From contig JBIJDH010000027.1 of assembly GCA_044344255.1 (NCBI GenBank), forward strand, positions 1-64,000: a stretch of 64,000 bases of DNA. Direction: 5' to 3'. The position numbers and the translations under genes are program-made. The stretch comes from Myxococcota bacterium. Lineage in GTDB: Bacteria; Myxococcota_A; UBA796; UBA2385. Positions within the stretch are counted from its first letter, which is position 1, and each line of letters opens with the position of its first letter. Below the pieces are notes generated by a model, which did not search any database, had not been told where the DNA came from, and saw nothing but the letters and a program-made list of their open reading frames with translations. Below are positions 10,129-20,802 of this stretch, piece by piece.

Positions 10129-11592
10129 TCACCGTGCAGCGCGGCGCCCCGCCACGAGCCGCCGCCGATCCCAGCGGGCGTCCGGGGCGAGGCCGGCCGC
10201 CTCGAGCAGCGGCTCGACGACCTCGGCGTCCCCGACGATAACCACGATGGGCTCGGCTCCCTCGGCAGAGAGGCGCCGCGCCGCGGCCACCACCTCGGCG
10301 TCCGTCGTCGCGGCGAGGGCGGCGTAGCGGGCCCCCACGGCCTCGGGCGCGTCCCCCCAGGTCTGCGCGCGCCCGAAGGGATAGCCGAGGCCGGCGAGCG
10401 TGGTCAGCGCGTCGTTCCCGGAGAGCAGGAGCGCGTTTCGGGCGGCGCGGAGCTCCACGGCGTCCGGCGGGTGGCTGCCCATCCGGGCGAGCTCGGACAG
10501 GAGCTCGGCCACGGCGAGGGCGGCGAACTTCGCCTCCACCGAGGTGCTGATCTGGCAGCGGGCGTGGCCCGGCCAGCCGTTGATCTCGCTGTAGACGCCG
10601 TAGGTGTAGCCCTTCTCCTCTCGCAGGTTGCGGTTGAGTCGGCTCGTGAACGTGCCGCCGAGCACGGTGTTGGCCAGGGTGAAGGCCACCTCGTCCGCGC
10701 TGCCGGGGACCGGGGCCGGCAGGCTCAGCGTGATCAAGGTCTGGCTGGTGCCAGGCTGATCGACCAGGATGAGCCGCCGCCCGTGCTTCGGCGGCGGCGC
10801 CAGCGGCGGGGCGACCGCCTCGCCCGGGAGCCGCCCCGCCCAGGCCCGCTCGAGCTCGGGGAGGATGGCGGCGGCGGTGGTGTCGCCCACGACCAGGAAC
10901 ATCGGCTGGGCGCTCTCGAGCTCGGTCGCCCAGGCCGCCCGGACGGCCCGGAGCCGCAGGCCGCGGTAGTCCCGCGCTCCATAGACGATCCCGAGCGGGT
11001 GCTCGGCCGGGTAGACCGCCTCGGTGAGCGCGGCGCTCAGGACCGCGTCGCCGGAGCGCCAGGCCTCGCGGCGCTCCCGGATCCAGGCGCGGCGGGTGCG
11101 CCGGAGCTCATCGCGGGGGAGGCGGGGCTCGAGAAGGGCCTCTCGCTGCAAGGCCAGCGCCTCGGCCTCGGTGCCCCGGATGAGGGAGAGGTCGGCCCAG
11201 GCTCGGAGCGCCCCCAGGCCGAGATCCAGCTCGGCGCCGAGGTCGGAGAGGGCGTCGTCGAGCTCGGTGGCCTCGCGGTGGGTCGTCCCCTCACCGAGCA
11301 GGGCCTCGGCCATCAGCGCGGGAAGTGGATCGTCGAGGTCAAGCGAGCCTCGGCGGAGGCTCACCTCGACCCGGATGAGCGGGAGCTCATGGCGCTCGAT
11401 CAACCACACCGGCGTGCCGTCCGAGAGCGCGAGGACCTGCACCGGCGGGAAGGGAGGTGGGCTGGGGTCGAGCACTGGCGGCGGCGCCGAGCGGTCCGGG
11501 GGGATCACTTGAGCGGACGCGGCGGGCGATCCGCTGAGCGCGCCGAAACAGAGGACCAGCCCCACCCCGACGCCGAGCCCCGAGCCGGTCAT
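10129..11592 (-). CDS. M16 family peptidase, non-catalytic subunit
   Basis: M16 fold motifs (LGGTFTSRLNRNLREEKGYTYG) but no HxxEH. ATGA overlap with the active subunit. Confidence 0.87.
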   Translation of the reverse strand: MTGSGLGVGVGLVLCFGALSGSPAASAQVIPPDRSAPPPVLDPSPPPFPPVQVLALSDGTPVWLIERHELPLIRVEVSLRRGSLDLDDPLPALMAEALLGEGTTHREATELDDALSDLGAELDLGLGALRAWADLSLIRGTEAEALALQREALLEPRLPRDELRRTRRAWIRERREAWRSGDAVLSAALTEAVYPAEHPLGIVYGARDYRGLRLRAVRAAWATELESAQPMFLVVGDTTAAAILPELERAWAGRLPGEAVAPPLAPPPKHGRRLILVDQPGTSQTLITLSLPAPVPGSADEVAFTLANTVLGGTFTSRLNRNLREEKGYTYGVYSEINGWPGHARCQISTSVEAKFAALAVAELLSELARMGSHPPDAVELRAARNALLLSGNDALTTLAGLGYPFGRAQTWGDAPEAVGARYAALAATTDAEVVAAARRLSAEGAEPIVVIVGDAEVVEPLLEAAGLAPDARWDRRRLVAGRRAAR

Positions 11593-12956
11593 CGCAGCGC
11601 CACCGGCAGCGAGCCTTGGAGGGCGCGCCGGCCGTGCTCCGGGGCGACGACGCTCAAGAGGAGCCGCCGCCCATTGGGGAGCCAGCGCTCGAGCACACGC
11701 GAGACGTCGGCGGGGGTCACGGCCTCGTGCAGCGCCAGATCCTGCGCGTGGCAGGCGGGCCCGCCGGTGGTGACGAGGCAGGTGTCGAGCTGCTCGGCCC
11801 GATCGGCGAGGTCTTCGCCGGCCCTGAAGAACCAGGAGCGCCAGCGGGTCTTCTGCCGCTCGAGCTCCGAAGGGGCAGGAGCGCTGCGACGCAGCGCGTC
11901 GAGAACCCGGTCGAGGTCGCGGAGCAGGTCATCGAGGTCGCGCCGAGCGGACTGGAGCTCGATGGTGAAGGCGCCGCTCACCCGCCCGTTGGTGGTCCAG
12001 GCGGAGACGGCGTCGGCGCGTCGCCGATCGAAGTAGAGCGCGTCGTCGAGCCGGCTGCCGGGGCCCGAAGAGAGGAGGTCCGCCAGCATGTCGAGGGGGG
12101 CCTCGTCGGGGTGCCCCTCGGGCACGGTGGGCCAGACCACGTAGAGCGAGGACCGCTCGACGTCATCCTCGTGTTTCACCCGCCGCTCCTGGGAGAGCTC
12201 GACCAGCGGCGGCAGGGCCCGCGGCGGCGGCGCCGGGCGAGTGGGGAGGTCACCGAACCAGCGCCGGACCTCCGCCTCCGCCGCGTCGCTGTCGAAGTCC
12301 CCCACCAGCACCAGCGACGCGTTGGCCGGCGCGTACCAGCGGGCGTGGAACTCGGCGAGCTCAGCCCGCGTGACGGAGGCGAGCTCGTCCTCGAAGCCAA
12401 TGACCGGACGACCGTAGGGGTGGCCAGCCGGGTAGAGCGCTCGATCGATGAGGTCTCCGTCCTGGCCACCGGGGGCGTCCTCGCCGATGCCGCGCTCCCC
12501 CGCGACCACCAGCAGCTGGTTCTCGATCTCCTCGTCGGAGAGCCCCTCCACGAGCCATCCCATGCGGTCGGACTCGAGGAAGAGCAGCAGCCCCAAGGCC
12601 CCCCGCGGTACGACGGCGTGGTACGCGGTGTAGTCCTCGTCCGTCCAGGCGTTGTTGTCCCCGCCGACCTCGGCCAACAGCCGATCGTAGGCAGAGTCGG
12701 GGGCGTGTTTCGAGCCGCCGAACATCAGGTGCTCGAAGAGGTGCGCGAGGCCGGACCGCCCCGGCGGGTCTTCACTGGCGCCCACGCGGTAGAAGATGTG
12801 GCTGGCCACGAGGGGGGCGCGGTGGTCCTCGTGGAGCACGACCTCGAGACCGTTGTCGAGCACGAAGCGCCGCGTCGTAAAATTTGGCGGAGACAAGACA
12901 GGGAGCGCGGCGAGGGCAATTGGGGCGAGCAGGAGCGGCAACATGGCGGCGAGCAT
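11589..12956 (-). CDS. M16 family zinc peptidase, catalytic subunit
   Basis: LDNGL...GLAHLFEHLMF (HxxEH), NAWT, LESDRM and HPYGRPVIG motifs. Confidence 0.92.
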   Translation of the reverse strand: MLAAMLPLLLAPIALAALPVLSPPNFTTRRFVLDNGLEVVLHEDHRAPLVASHIFYRVGASEDPPGRSGLAHLFEHLMFGGSKHAPDSAYDRLLAEVGGDNNAWTDEDYTAYHAVVPRGALGLLLFLESDRMGWLVEGLSDEEIENQLLVVAGERGIGEDAPGGQDGDLIDRALYPAGHPYGRPVIGFEDELASVTRAELAEFHARWYAPANASLVLVGDFDSDAAEAEVRRWFGDLPTRPAPPPRALPPLVELSQERRVKHEDDVERSSLYVVWPTVPEGHPDEAPLDMLADLLSSGPGSRLDDALYFDRRRADAVSAWTTNGRVSGAFTIELQSARRDLDDLLRDLDRVLDALRRSAPAPSELERQKTRWRSWFFRAGEDLADRAEQLDTCLVTTGGPACHAQDLALHEAVTPADVSRVLERWLPNGRRLLLSVVAPEHGRRALQGSLPVALR

Positions 12957-13057
12957 AGCCCCAGCCCAGACTGCCGGGAGGGTCGGCGCTGAGATACCGG
13001 GTAGGGTGGGCTACCGAGCACGGCGAAGCCCGCGGCTCCCACGGCCTCCCGCGCCAA

Positions 13058-13113
13058 CCCCCTGGGCGACTACCGCCTCGGCGATAACCACCTCGGCGAC
13101 CACCGCCTCCGCC
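13058..13113. repeat. degenerate 15-bp tandem repeat (~3.5 copies), intergenic
   Basis: Units read ccccctgggcgact / accgcctcggcgata / accacctcggcgacc / accgcctccgcc. Confidence 0.6.
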
Positions 13114-13256
13114 GTGTCTGTGACACGCTCCGCGCCACCTTCAGCGGCGCTCCTCTTGGGTCGGCGAGCCGCGCCTGACGCGCGACCCCCAGCTCCCCGC
13201 CGCCCCCCGACTGCCTCACCGATCCGGACGTGTTCGCGGATCGAAACGGAGATCCC

Positions 13257-15029
13257 ATGGAACTGCTCGACCTCCTCGTGAACGGAAAGGTCGAAGAATT
13301 CAATGCCAAACGGAGTCGTCGGGGCACGCTCGACCTCTTCGGGGCCGATCTCGCGGGCGCGAGGCTGCCGGGCGTGGATCTCTCCGGGACCAACCTCGAG
13401 AAGGCCGACCTCAGCGGTGCGGATCTCACGGACGCCATCTTCGCTCGCTCGAACCTCTCCGGCGCCGACCTCACGGGCGCCACGCTCGTCGGCGTGATGG
13501 CGATCAAGTCGGTTTGGCGCGAGGCCTTCATGGGCAGCGTCGACATGCACGACTCCGACTTCACCGGGGCTGACCTCTCCGACGCCGAGATCACCGGGGC
13601 CAACCTCTCGAACATCGTGATGGGCGGCGCAAAGGCGAAGCGCACCGACTTCTCCGGCTCCAACCTCTCCGGGGGTGACTTCGCCGAGGCCCGGTTCAGC
13701 AACGCCAAGCTCGGCGGCTGCAACCTGTCGAACGCCATCCTGCGCGAGGCCAGCCTCGTCTCCGCGGAGCTCAGCTCCGCCTCGCTCGTCGAGGCCGACC
13801 TCACCCGCGCCAAGCTCAACCACGCCGTGCTGAGCGAGGCCGATCTCACCAAGGCTCGCCTGCCGGGCGCCGATCTTACGTCGGCGAACCTCACGAACGC
13901 CCGGGTCACCGGCGCCGATCTCACCCGCGCCGACCTCTCCGAGGCCGTGCTCTCCGGCGTGCGCCTCCAAGAGGCCGTCACCCTCGAGGCGGTGGTCGAC
14001 AGCGGCGTGTTGGGGCCGAGCGCCGCCGAGTCGGAGCCGCCGGAGGCCATCCTCATCGAAGAGCCGATCATCGCCGTGGGCGCCGCCCGCGCGGCTGTGC
14101 TCTGGGACAACCCCGAGGGCGAAGACAAGAACGCGATCCGCGTCGCGGTGGGCCCCCTCGGACGAACCTACGCCGGAAACCCCGTCCTGCTGCCCGTCCC
14201 CGCCGACCTCGTCATCGCCCGCGCGATGGTGGCGGTGGGGGATGGTTTCGGCGTGCTGCTGCTCGTCGAACGACCGGGCGGGGTCACGGGCAACTGGTTC
14301 CTGCTCGGCCCCGACGGCGCCATCCGCGCCTCGCGCAGGCTGAAGATCCCCTACACCCCCGCCGCGCGACCGATCCTCAAGAGCACCGACGCCGGCGTGG
14401 TTCTCTACGGCATCTCCCGCGAGGGCCCCGGGCTCCACGTGCACCGCATCGACGCCGAGGCCCTGACGCCGCTGCACGGCAGCGCCATGCCCACCCTGCG
14501 GGGCTTCGTCAGCGACCACCACCCGATCGTGCTCAGCAAGGGCGGCGTGGTGGTCGAGCTCGGTCCGAAGGGCCCGGCCAGCCCGCTGCGCACCCCGGCG
14601 AACTTCCCGGGCCGCCGCTGCGGGGCCTGCCCGACCACCGAGGGCATGTCGGTGGGCTGGCTCACCACCGCCCCCGGCATCTTCTTCGCTCGGGTGAGCG
14701 CGAAGGGGGTGTCCGATGAGGTGCACCTGCTCAAGAAGAACGCGATCGGACTGCTCGATCTGGGCTCGGCGGCTGGCCGGGGCTTCGCGGCCTTCACCAA
14801 GTCCCCCCGCCGTGAGGTCGACGCCTCCTCCGCCTGGGCGATGCGGCTCCCCGAGGGGGAGCCCTACGCCCTCGTCGATGACCCCGACCGCGACGTAACG
14901 GAGGTCAAGATCGTCCCCAGCGGCGATGTCTGCTACTGCGCCGTGGCCGACAGCGAAGGCGGCGTCGAGCTCTTCGAGCTCGGCGACAGCGCCGCGGTGA
15001 GCCGCTGGCGCATCGGCTCGACGGTCTGA
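13257..15029 (+). CDS. pentapeptide-repeat protein with uncharacterised C-terminal domain
   Basis: About 210 aa of A(D/N)LxX repeats follow LLxxGKVEEFNxxR; about 330 aa of non-repeat C-terminus. GGAG RBS before ATG 13257. Confidence 0.88.
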   Translation: MELLDLLVNGKVEEFNAKRSRRGTLDLFGADLAGARLPGVDLSGTNLEKADLSGADLTDAIFARSNLSGADLTGATLVGVMAIKSVWREAFMGSVDMHDSDFTGADLSDAEITGANLSNIVMGGAKAKRTDFSGSNLSGGDFAEARFSNAKLGGCNLSNAILREASLVSAELSSASLVEADLTRAKLNHAVLSEADLTKARLPGADLTSANLTNARVTGADLTRADLSEAVLSGVRLQEAVTLEAVVDSGVLGPSAAESEPPEAILIEEPIIAVGAARAAVLWDNPEGEDKNAIRVAVGPLGRTYAGNPVLLPVPADLVIARAMVAVGDGFGVLLLVERPGGVTGNWFLLGPDGAIRASRRLKIPYTPAARPILKSTDAGVVLYGISREGPGLHVHRIDAEALTPLHGSAMPTLRGFVSDHHPIVLSKGGVVVELGPKGPASPLRTPANFPGRRCGACPTTEGMSVGWLTTAPGIFFARVSAKGVSDEVHLLKKNAIGLLDLGSAAGRGFAAFTKSPRREVDASSAWAMRLPEGEPYALVDDPDRDVTEVKIVPSGDVCYCAVADSEGGVELFELGDSAAVSRWRIGSTV

Positions 15030-15032
15030 CCG

Positions 15033-15551
15033 GTGATCCGCTTCCACCGAATCCTCGTCCCGGTCGACTACTCCGACGTGTCCCGCGCCGCGGTCTCCGC
15101 CGCCCTCCAGGTAGCCGAGCACCACGGGGCCGAGCTCTACCTGCTCCACGCTCGGCGCGGCCTGCAGCGGGCCCGTGACGATCGGGATCACCGCGACGCC
15201 GACAGGGAGCCCGCCCCGCACTCCCCCGAAGAGAAGACCGCCGCGCACAGCCTCGCCGCCGACCAGCAGGCCCTCCGCGACGTGGTCGAGCTCGAGCTCG
15301 CCCGAGCGAAGAGTGCTGGGCGCGCCATCGAGGCCGTGCCGGTCCACACCCGGCTGTCGGGCGACGACTGGATCGAAGCCGCCTTGCGGATCATCGAGGA
15401 GGAGCAGATCGACCTCGTCGTCTCGGGCACCCTGGGGCCACGCGGCCTGAAGGGCCTCCTGCGCGGATCGGACACAGAGAAGCTCGTCTCCCGGGCCCCC
15501 TGCTCGGTCTTCGTGATCAAGCCCGCCGGCCCACCCTACTCTCCGGCCTGA
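15033..15551 (+). CDS. universal stress protein (Usp)
   Basis: RILVPVDYS...DLVVSGTLG.RGL...GSDTEKLVSRAPCSVFVIK. Confidence 0.9.
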   Translation: MIRFHRILVPVDYSDVSRAAVSAALQVAEHHGAELYLLHARRGLQRARDDRDHRDADREPAPHSPEEKTAAHSLAADQQALRDVVELELARAKSAGRAIEAVPVHTRLSGDDWIEAALRIIEEEQIDLVVSGTLGPRGLKGLLRGSDTEKLVSRAPCSVFVIKPAGPPYSPA

Positions 15552-15625
15552 GCCGCGCGCTCACCGGCGTTCGAGGCCTGTCCGGTCGACGACGACCGTC
15601 AGGCGCCGAGGCGGTCAGTCGCCGA

Positions 15626-15660
15626 TAAGTCCTTAAAATCACGGTGGCACACTCCCTGCA
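15626..15660 (+). promoter_or_regulatory. sigma54 (-24/-12) promoter with an upstream IHF-like AT-rich site
   Basis: TGGCACactccCTGCA at 15645-15660 has exact GG-N10-GC spacing. TAAGTCCTTAAAAT at 15626-15639. AGGAGG RBS precedes ATG 15684. Confidence 0.7.
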
Positions 15661-15683
15661 ACGCCCCGCGCAGGAGGTGCCTC

Positions 15684-17006
15684 ATGGCCCCGTTGAATGG
15701 ACCCAAGTGGATGAAGCAGCTGAGCCCCGACCGGGTCGATCGGGGGCCAGACTACTGGACGCTGCTGCTCAGCGACGCCGTCACCGGCCGCAGCCTGTCG
15801 GTGCTCACCCTCGCGCGACAGCTCGAGGGCTGCACCCCCGAGTCGGAGCGTGGGGCGCTCTTCGCCGTCGCGGCGCGGGCCTTCGTGGCGCTCGACATGC
15901 ACAGCGCGGCCGAGCGTTACCTCGACCGCGCCCTCGAGGAGCGCGGCTTGGAGGGCGCCGCCGTGGCCACCTTTCAACAAAGTGACGGCGTGCGCTGGGC
16001 CAAGCGAAGAATGGAGCAGGGGCGGCCCGGGGAGCAGGCCGACGCCGCCTGCGATCTCGCGGTGCTCCACCTCGAGCGCGAGGACGACCGGGCGGCCCGG
16101 GAGGCCGTCCACGAGGCCCTTCAGCGGTGCCCGGAGCACGCGGAGGCCTCCCGATGGTACCGCTTCTTCGCCGAGGCGGGCCCTCGGCTCCACAGCTTCT
16201 GGGTGGGCCGGGGTCCGCCCGCCCACCCCGCGGCCCGCGACGCCGCCGAGCTTCGCCCCTGCCCCGGCTACGGCTGGCTCAGCGCCGAGCGGTGGAGCCG
16301 CCGCATCACCAGCGGGGCCTGGGTCGCCCCCGCCCGGCCCGGGAGCGCCCTCGATCGCCTGCAGATCGCCGGCGTCGTCGGTCGGCGCTTCGCCCTCCCC
16401 GCCGAGTACGACGCGCGGCCCGCCACGCTGCCCCTCACCACCTGCGAGCTCGCCCTCGATCACGCCGAGAGCCTCGTGCGCGAAGGGCGGCCCGCTGGCG
16501 CCGCCGCCGCGCAGGTCTGGACGAGCGCCGGCCGGATCGACCCGACGGCCTGCGCCGACGCGGCCCAACACCTCGTCGCGCTCGGGGTGCGGTGCCCCGC
16601 GGCCGCCTCCACCGGCCTCCGCGCCGTCGATCACCTCCTCCAGCGCTGCCCGGTCCAGCCTCTCTGGCTCGCGTACCGGTCCTGCCTGCTCGCCACCGTC
16701 GGCCAGCACCGCGAGGCCATCGATCGGGCCCGGGCGGTCGGGGCGATGGGGCAGCTCGCCCCCCTCACCCTCTCGCTGCTCGTCGTGGCCAGCCGTCGGG
16801 CGGGCAACCGCGTCCTCGCCGACGCCCTGCTCGAGCGGCGCGCGCAGAGCCCGACCCTCAGCGCCACCGTCCGCGTCCTCCGCCAGGAGCCCTTCAAGGA
16901 CGAGCTCCCGGTGGTGGTGAGCGATCGACGGATCCCGCGCTTCGCCGAACGCAGCCCCACCCTGCCCTCCGAGTCGGCCCTCGCGGCCGACTGCGCTCCG
17001 GGGTAA
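15684..17006 (+). CDS. hypothetical helical/TPR-like protein
   Basis: Strong RBS and GC3-rich codons; TPR-like segments such as AREAVHEALQRCPEHAEA. Confidence 0.65.
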   Translation: MAPLNGPKWMKQLSPDRVDRGPDYWTLLLSDAVTGRSLSVLTLARQLEGCTPESERGALFAVAARAFVALDMHSAAERYLDRALEERGLEGAAVATFQQSDGVRWAKRRMEQGRPGEQADAACDLAVLHLEREDDRAAREAVHEALQRCPEHAEASRWYRFFAEAGPRLHSFWVGRGPPAHPAARDAAELRPCPGYGWLSAERWSRRITSGAWVAPARPGSALDRLQIAGVVGRRFALPAEYDARPATLPLTTCELALDHAESLVREGRPAGAAAAQVWTSAGRIDPTACADAAQHLVALGVRCPAAASTGLRAVDHLLQRCPVQPLWLAYRSCLLATVGQHREAIDRARAVGAMGQLAPLTLSLLVVASRRAGNRVLADALLERRAQSPTLSATVRVLRQEPFKDELPVVVSDRRIPRFAERSPTLPSESALAADCAPG

Positions 17007-17014
17007 CGGTCGAG

Positions 17015-18271
<1,257 letters not shown>

Positions 18272-18276
18272 GCGGC

Positions 18277-18690
18277 GTGGCGGAGCTCAGCCACTCCGAG
18301 CTCGAGGCCCTGCTCGCCGACCAGCACCACGGCCGCCTCGCCGTCCAGGACGAAGGGGGTCTCTATGTGGTGCCGGTCGGCTTCGTAGCGGTCGAAGGCG
18401 ACATCTGGTTCCACTCCGCCGAGGGTCGGAAGACCCGAGCGCTGCGCGCCGATCCCCGATGCTGCTTCGAGGTCGATCGATACGACCGCGAGACGGCCGA
18501 GTGGGCCTCCTTGATCTGCTGGGGGGAGGCCGCGCCCGCCTCGAGCCCCGCGGCATGGGCCGCGATGAAGGCCCGCTTTGGCCACGTGCTCGGGCGCGTG
18601 ATGCGGCAGGGGCTCAGCGAGGGCTCGAGCGGCGGCCTCTGGCGCCTCGCCGTCACCCGCCGCACGGCCCGGCGCGGCCCTGGCGGATGA
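18277..18690 (+). CDS. pyridoxamine 5'-phosphate oxidase-like FMN-binding protein (NimA-like)
   Basis: GRLA...YVVPV...FHSAEGRK...DPRCCFEVD...WASLICWG. Confidence 0.85.
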   Translation: MAELSHSELEALLADQHHGRLAVQDEGGLYVVPVGFVAVEGDIWFHSAEGRKTRALRADPRCCFEVDRYDRETAEWASLICWGEAAPASSPAAWAAMKARFGHVLGRVMRQGLSEGSSGGLWRLAVTRRTARRGPGG

Positions 18691-18707
18691 CCCGGCCGGA
18701 GCGTCGA

Positions 18708-19709
18708 TCAGGCCAACAAGGCCCGAGGTTCGCTCACGGTCGGCCGATTGGCCACCACCTCGGGCAGCACGAAGGCGGAGTGTGGGACGCTCCCCAGCGC
18801 ACGCGAGAGCCCCGAGCGGCTGGGCGCGGCGCCGCCGGCGAAGTGGTGCGCGCCCAGCAGGTTCTGAGCGTGCTGACAGGCCGCCAGCAGGCGGTGCGCG
18901 ATGCCCGAGACCTCGGGCGCGCCGGAGGTCTCCGAGAGGGTCTCGACGAGGGCCCGCTCGAGGCCAGCGACGGCGGCGGCGGGGAGATCGGAGGCGGCGA
19001 GGACGCGGTTGAGATCGGCGAGATCGCGCTGCTCGAGGCCCGCAAAGCCGAGCTCGGAGGCGGGGTGGTGGACCGAGCAGCCGAGGGGCGGGCGGCCGGT
19101 GAGGCACTCGAAGACGAGGCGCCCCAGCATGTCGAGGTGCTCACAGGCATTGAAGGGCAACGGGCGCGCCTCGCTCGCCGGGACGCTGATGCGCAGCACG
19201 GGCCCGCAGGCCCCCTGGATCGCCACGATGCACCCTGCGTCGAGGGGCAAGTGGGGTAGGCGGGCCGCGGAAGCCGCCACGGCCCGGTGCAGCCGAACGA
19301 TGAGCTGGCAGAGCTCGACCGCGAGGGCGACGCGCTCCGGGAGGGCGGCGCCGCCGGCGGTCGGGAGCCGGGAGAGGCCGACGCGGAGGTCGTGCTCGAC
19401 GCTCGGGTAAACCAGGAAGGTGCGGCCGCGGTCGTCGGTGCCGTGGTCGAGCAGCGGCAGCACGACGCTGCGGAGCTCTGCGTGCTGGTCGATCAGGGTC
19501 TCCACGATCGCTCGCTCCCGCGCCAGCAGTCGATCCTCACCGACGGTGTGGGCACGCCGCAGTGTGCGGGCGTTTCCCTGCTCGTCCCGGACCTGGGCGA
19601 CCTCGGGCTCACCCCGGCTCCGCCACCAGCCACCGGCCCGTATGTAGTTCCGACCGTTCTTCGAGACGAACACGTGACCTCCACCGATTGAGCGCCGAGC
19701 CGATGGCAC
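18708..19709 (-). CDS. degenerate Ser/Thr kinase-fold protein (pseudokinase)
   Basis: LLARE (alphaC), LLDHGTDDRGRTFLVYP (IV-V) and DMLGRLVFECLTGRPP (IX). No recognisable VAIK, HRD or DFG motifs. Confidence 0.6.
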   Translation of the reverse strand: MPSARRSIGGGHVFVSKNGRNYIRAGGWWRSRGEPEVAQVRDEQGNARTLRRAHTVGEDRLLARERAIVETLIDQHAELRSVVLPLLDHGTDDRGRTFLVYPSVEHDLRVGLSRLPTAGGAALPERVALAVELCQLIVRLHRAVAASAARLPHLPLDAGCIVAIQGACGPVLRISVPASEARPLPFNACEHLDMLGRLVFECLTGRPPLGCSVHHPASELGFAGLEQRDLADLNRVLAASDLPAAAVAGLERALVETLSETSGAPEVSGIAHRLLAACQHAQNLLGAHHFAGGAAPSRSGLSRALGSVPHSAFVLPEVVANRPTVSEPRALLA

Positions 19710-19792
19710 TCTTGTATCGGCGGAGGTCGAGCGGGGGAGGCCTCCAAAAGGTGTCGAAAGCCGAGCCCAGCGTCGGGAGCGGCGCCGGTCGC

Positions 19793-20560
19793 TCAGAGGA
19801 CGAGACCGCCGTCGACGTCCACGCAGCGCCCCGTGAAGTAGTCACACTCGATGATGAACTTCAGCGCGAGGTAGATCTCCTCCGGCTTTCCGACGCGGCC
19901 GAGCGGAACAGGCTTGATCATCGCCTCGAGCACCTCGGGGCGCATCCCGCTGAGGATCGGGGTCTCAATGAAGCCGGGGGCGATGGCGCCGGTGCGGATG
20001 CCGTACCGAGCGAGCTCACCGGCCCAGAGCTTGGTGTCCGCGATGAGGCCGGCCTTGGCGGCCGAGTAGTTCGACTGGCCCTGGTTGCCGTGTCGGGAGA
20101 TCGACGAGATCGCCACCACCACGGAGCTCGGGTTGTTGTTCTCGATCGCGGACTTAGCGAATTCGCGCGTGCAGAGGAAGGGGCCGGTCAGGTCGACGTC
20201 GATCACCGACTGCCACTGCGGCAGCGACATGCCCACGATGGCCCCCGTGCGCTTGTCCTTCTTGACCAGCAGGCCGTCACGGAAGATTCCAGCGTTGTTC
20301 ACGAGCGCGTTGAGCCCGCCGAGCGCCGCGCGGGCGTCCGCGATGAGGCGGATGACCTCTTCTTCAACGGCGACGTTGGCCCGAAAGCCGACCACGCGGC
20401 CGGGGAGGGAGGCCCCCTCGGCCTCCACCGCGGCGATCGCCTCCTCGTTCAAGTCGCAGAAGGCGACGTCGGCGCCGTCCCGCGCGAGGCTGAGGGTGAA
20501 GGTGCGGCCCATGCCGCTGGCTCCGCCGGTGACGAGCACCTTGGTGTTCTTGAGATCCAT
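19793..20560 (-). CDS. SDR, 3-oxoacyl-ACP/CoA reductase (FabG-like)
   Basis: TGGASGMG, NNAGIFRDG, NYSAAK (YxxxK) and IAPGFIET motifs. Confidence 0.92.
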   Translation of the reverse strand: MDLKNTKVLVTGGASGMGRTFTLSLARDGADVAFCDLNEEAIAAVEAEGASLPGRVVGFRANVAVEEEVIRLIADARAALGGLNALVNNAGIFRDGLLVKKDKRTGAIVGMSLPQWQSVIDVDLTGPFLCTREFAKSAIENNNPSSVVVAISSISRHGNQGQSNYSAAKAGLIADTKLWAGELARYGIRTGAIAPGFIETPILSGMRPEVLEAMIKPVPLGRVGKPEEIYLALKFIIECDYFTGRCVDVDGGLVL

Positions 20561-20802
20561 GACGAGCTCCTTGGCGTTGGCCCCCTCGGAGAGGGCGGTG
20601 TGTGGGGCCTACGGCCCCTCGATCGGGCCCGCCGATAACATGGGGCCCCGACGTCTTGCAGCACTCCGGGCCCAGCCGCCAGAGCTAAATTCTCAATCTA
20701 CAAAGGAATTACGCCTATAATGCAATCTTGCTGCATCGCAAGATAAATGCTGCAAACGCGCGAACCGCGGATCGTACGAGGGGGCCGGCCTCCCCCGCTC
20801 CC

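Noticed and set aside
13011..15347. 778-aa minus-strand ORF with EVG/EIG periodicity
   Set aside because: The periodicity simply mirrors the pentapeptide repeats on the plus strand.
16127..17014. Long N-terminal extension on the aminotransferase ORF (similar extensions on polA, hemD and the dioxygenase)
   Set aside because: These are low-complexity Arg/Pro-rich translations that overlap neighbouring genes or intergenic DNA. Family homology begins at the downstream starts I used.
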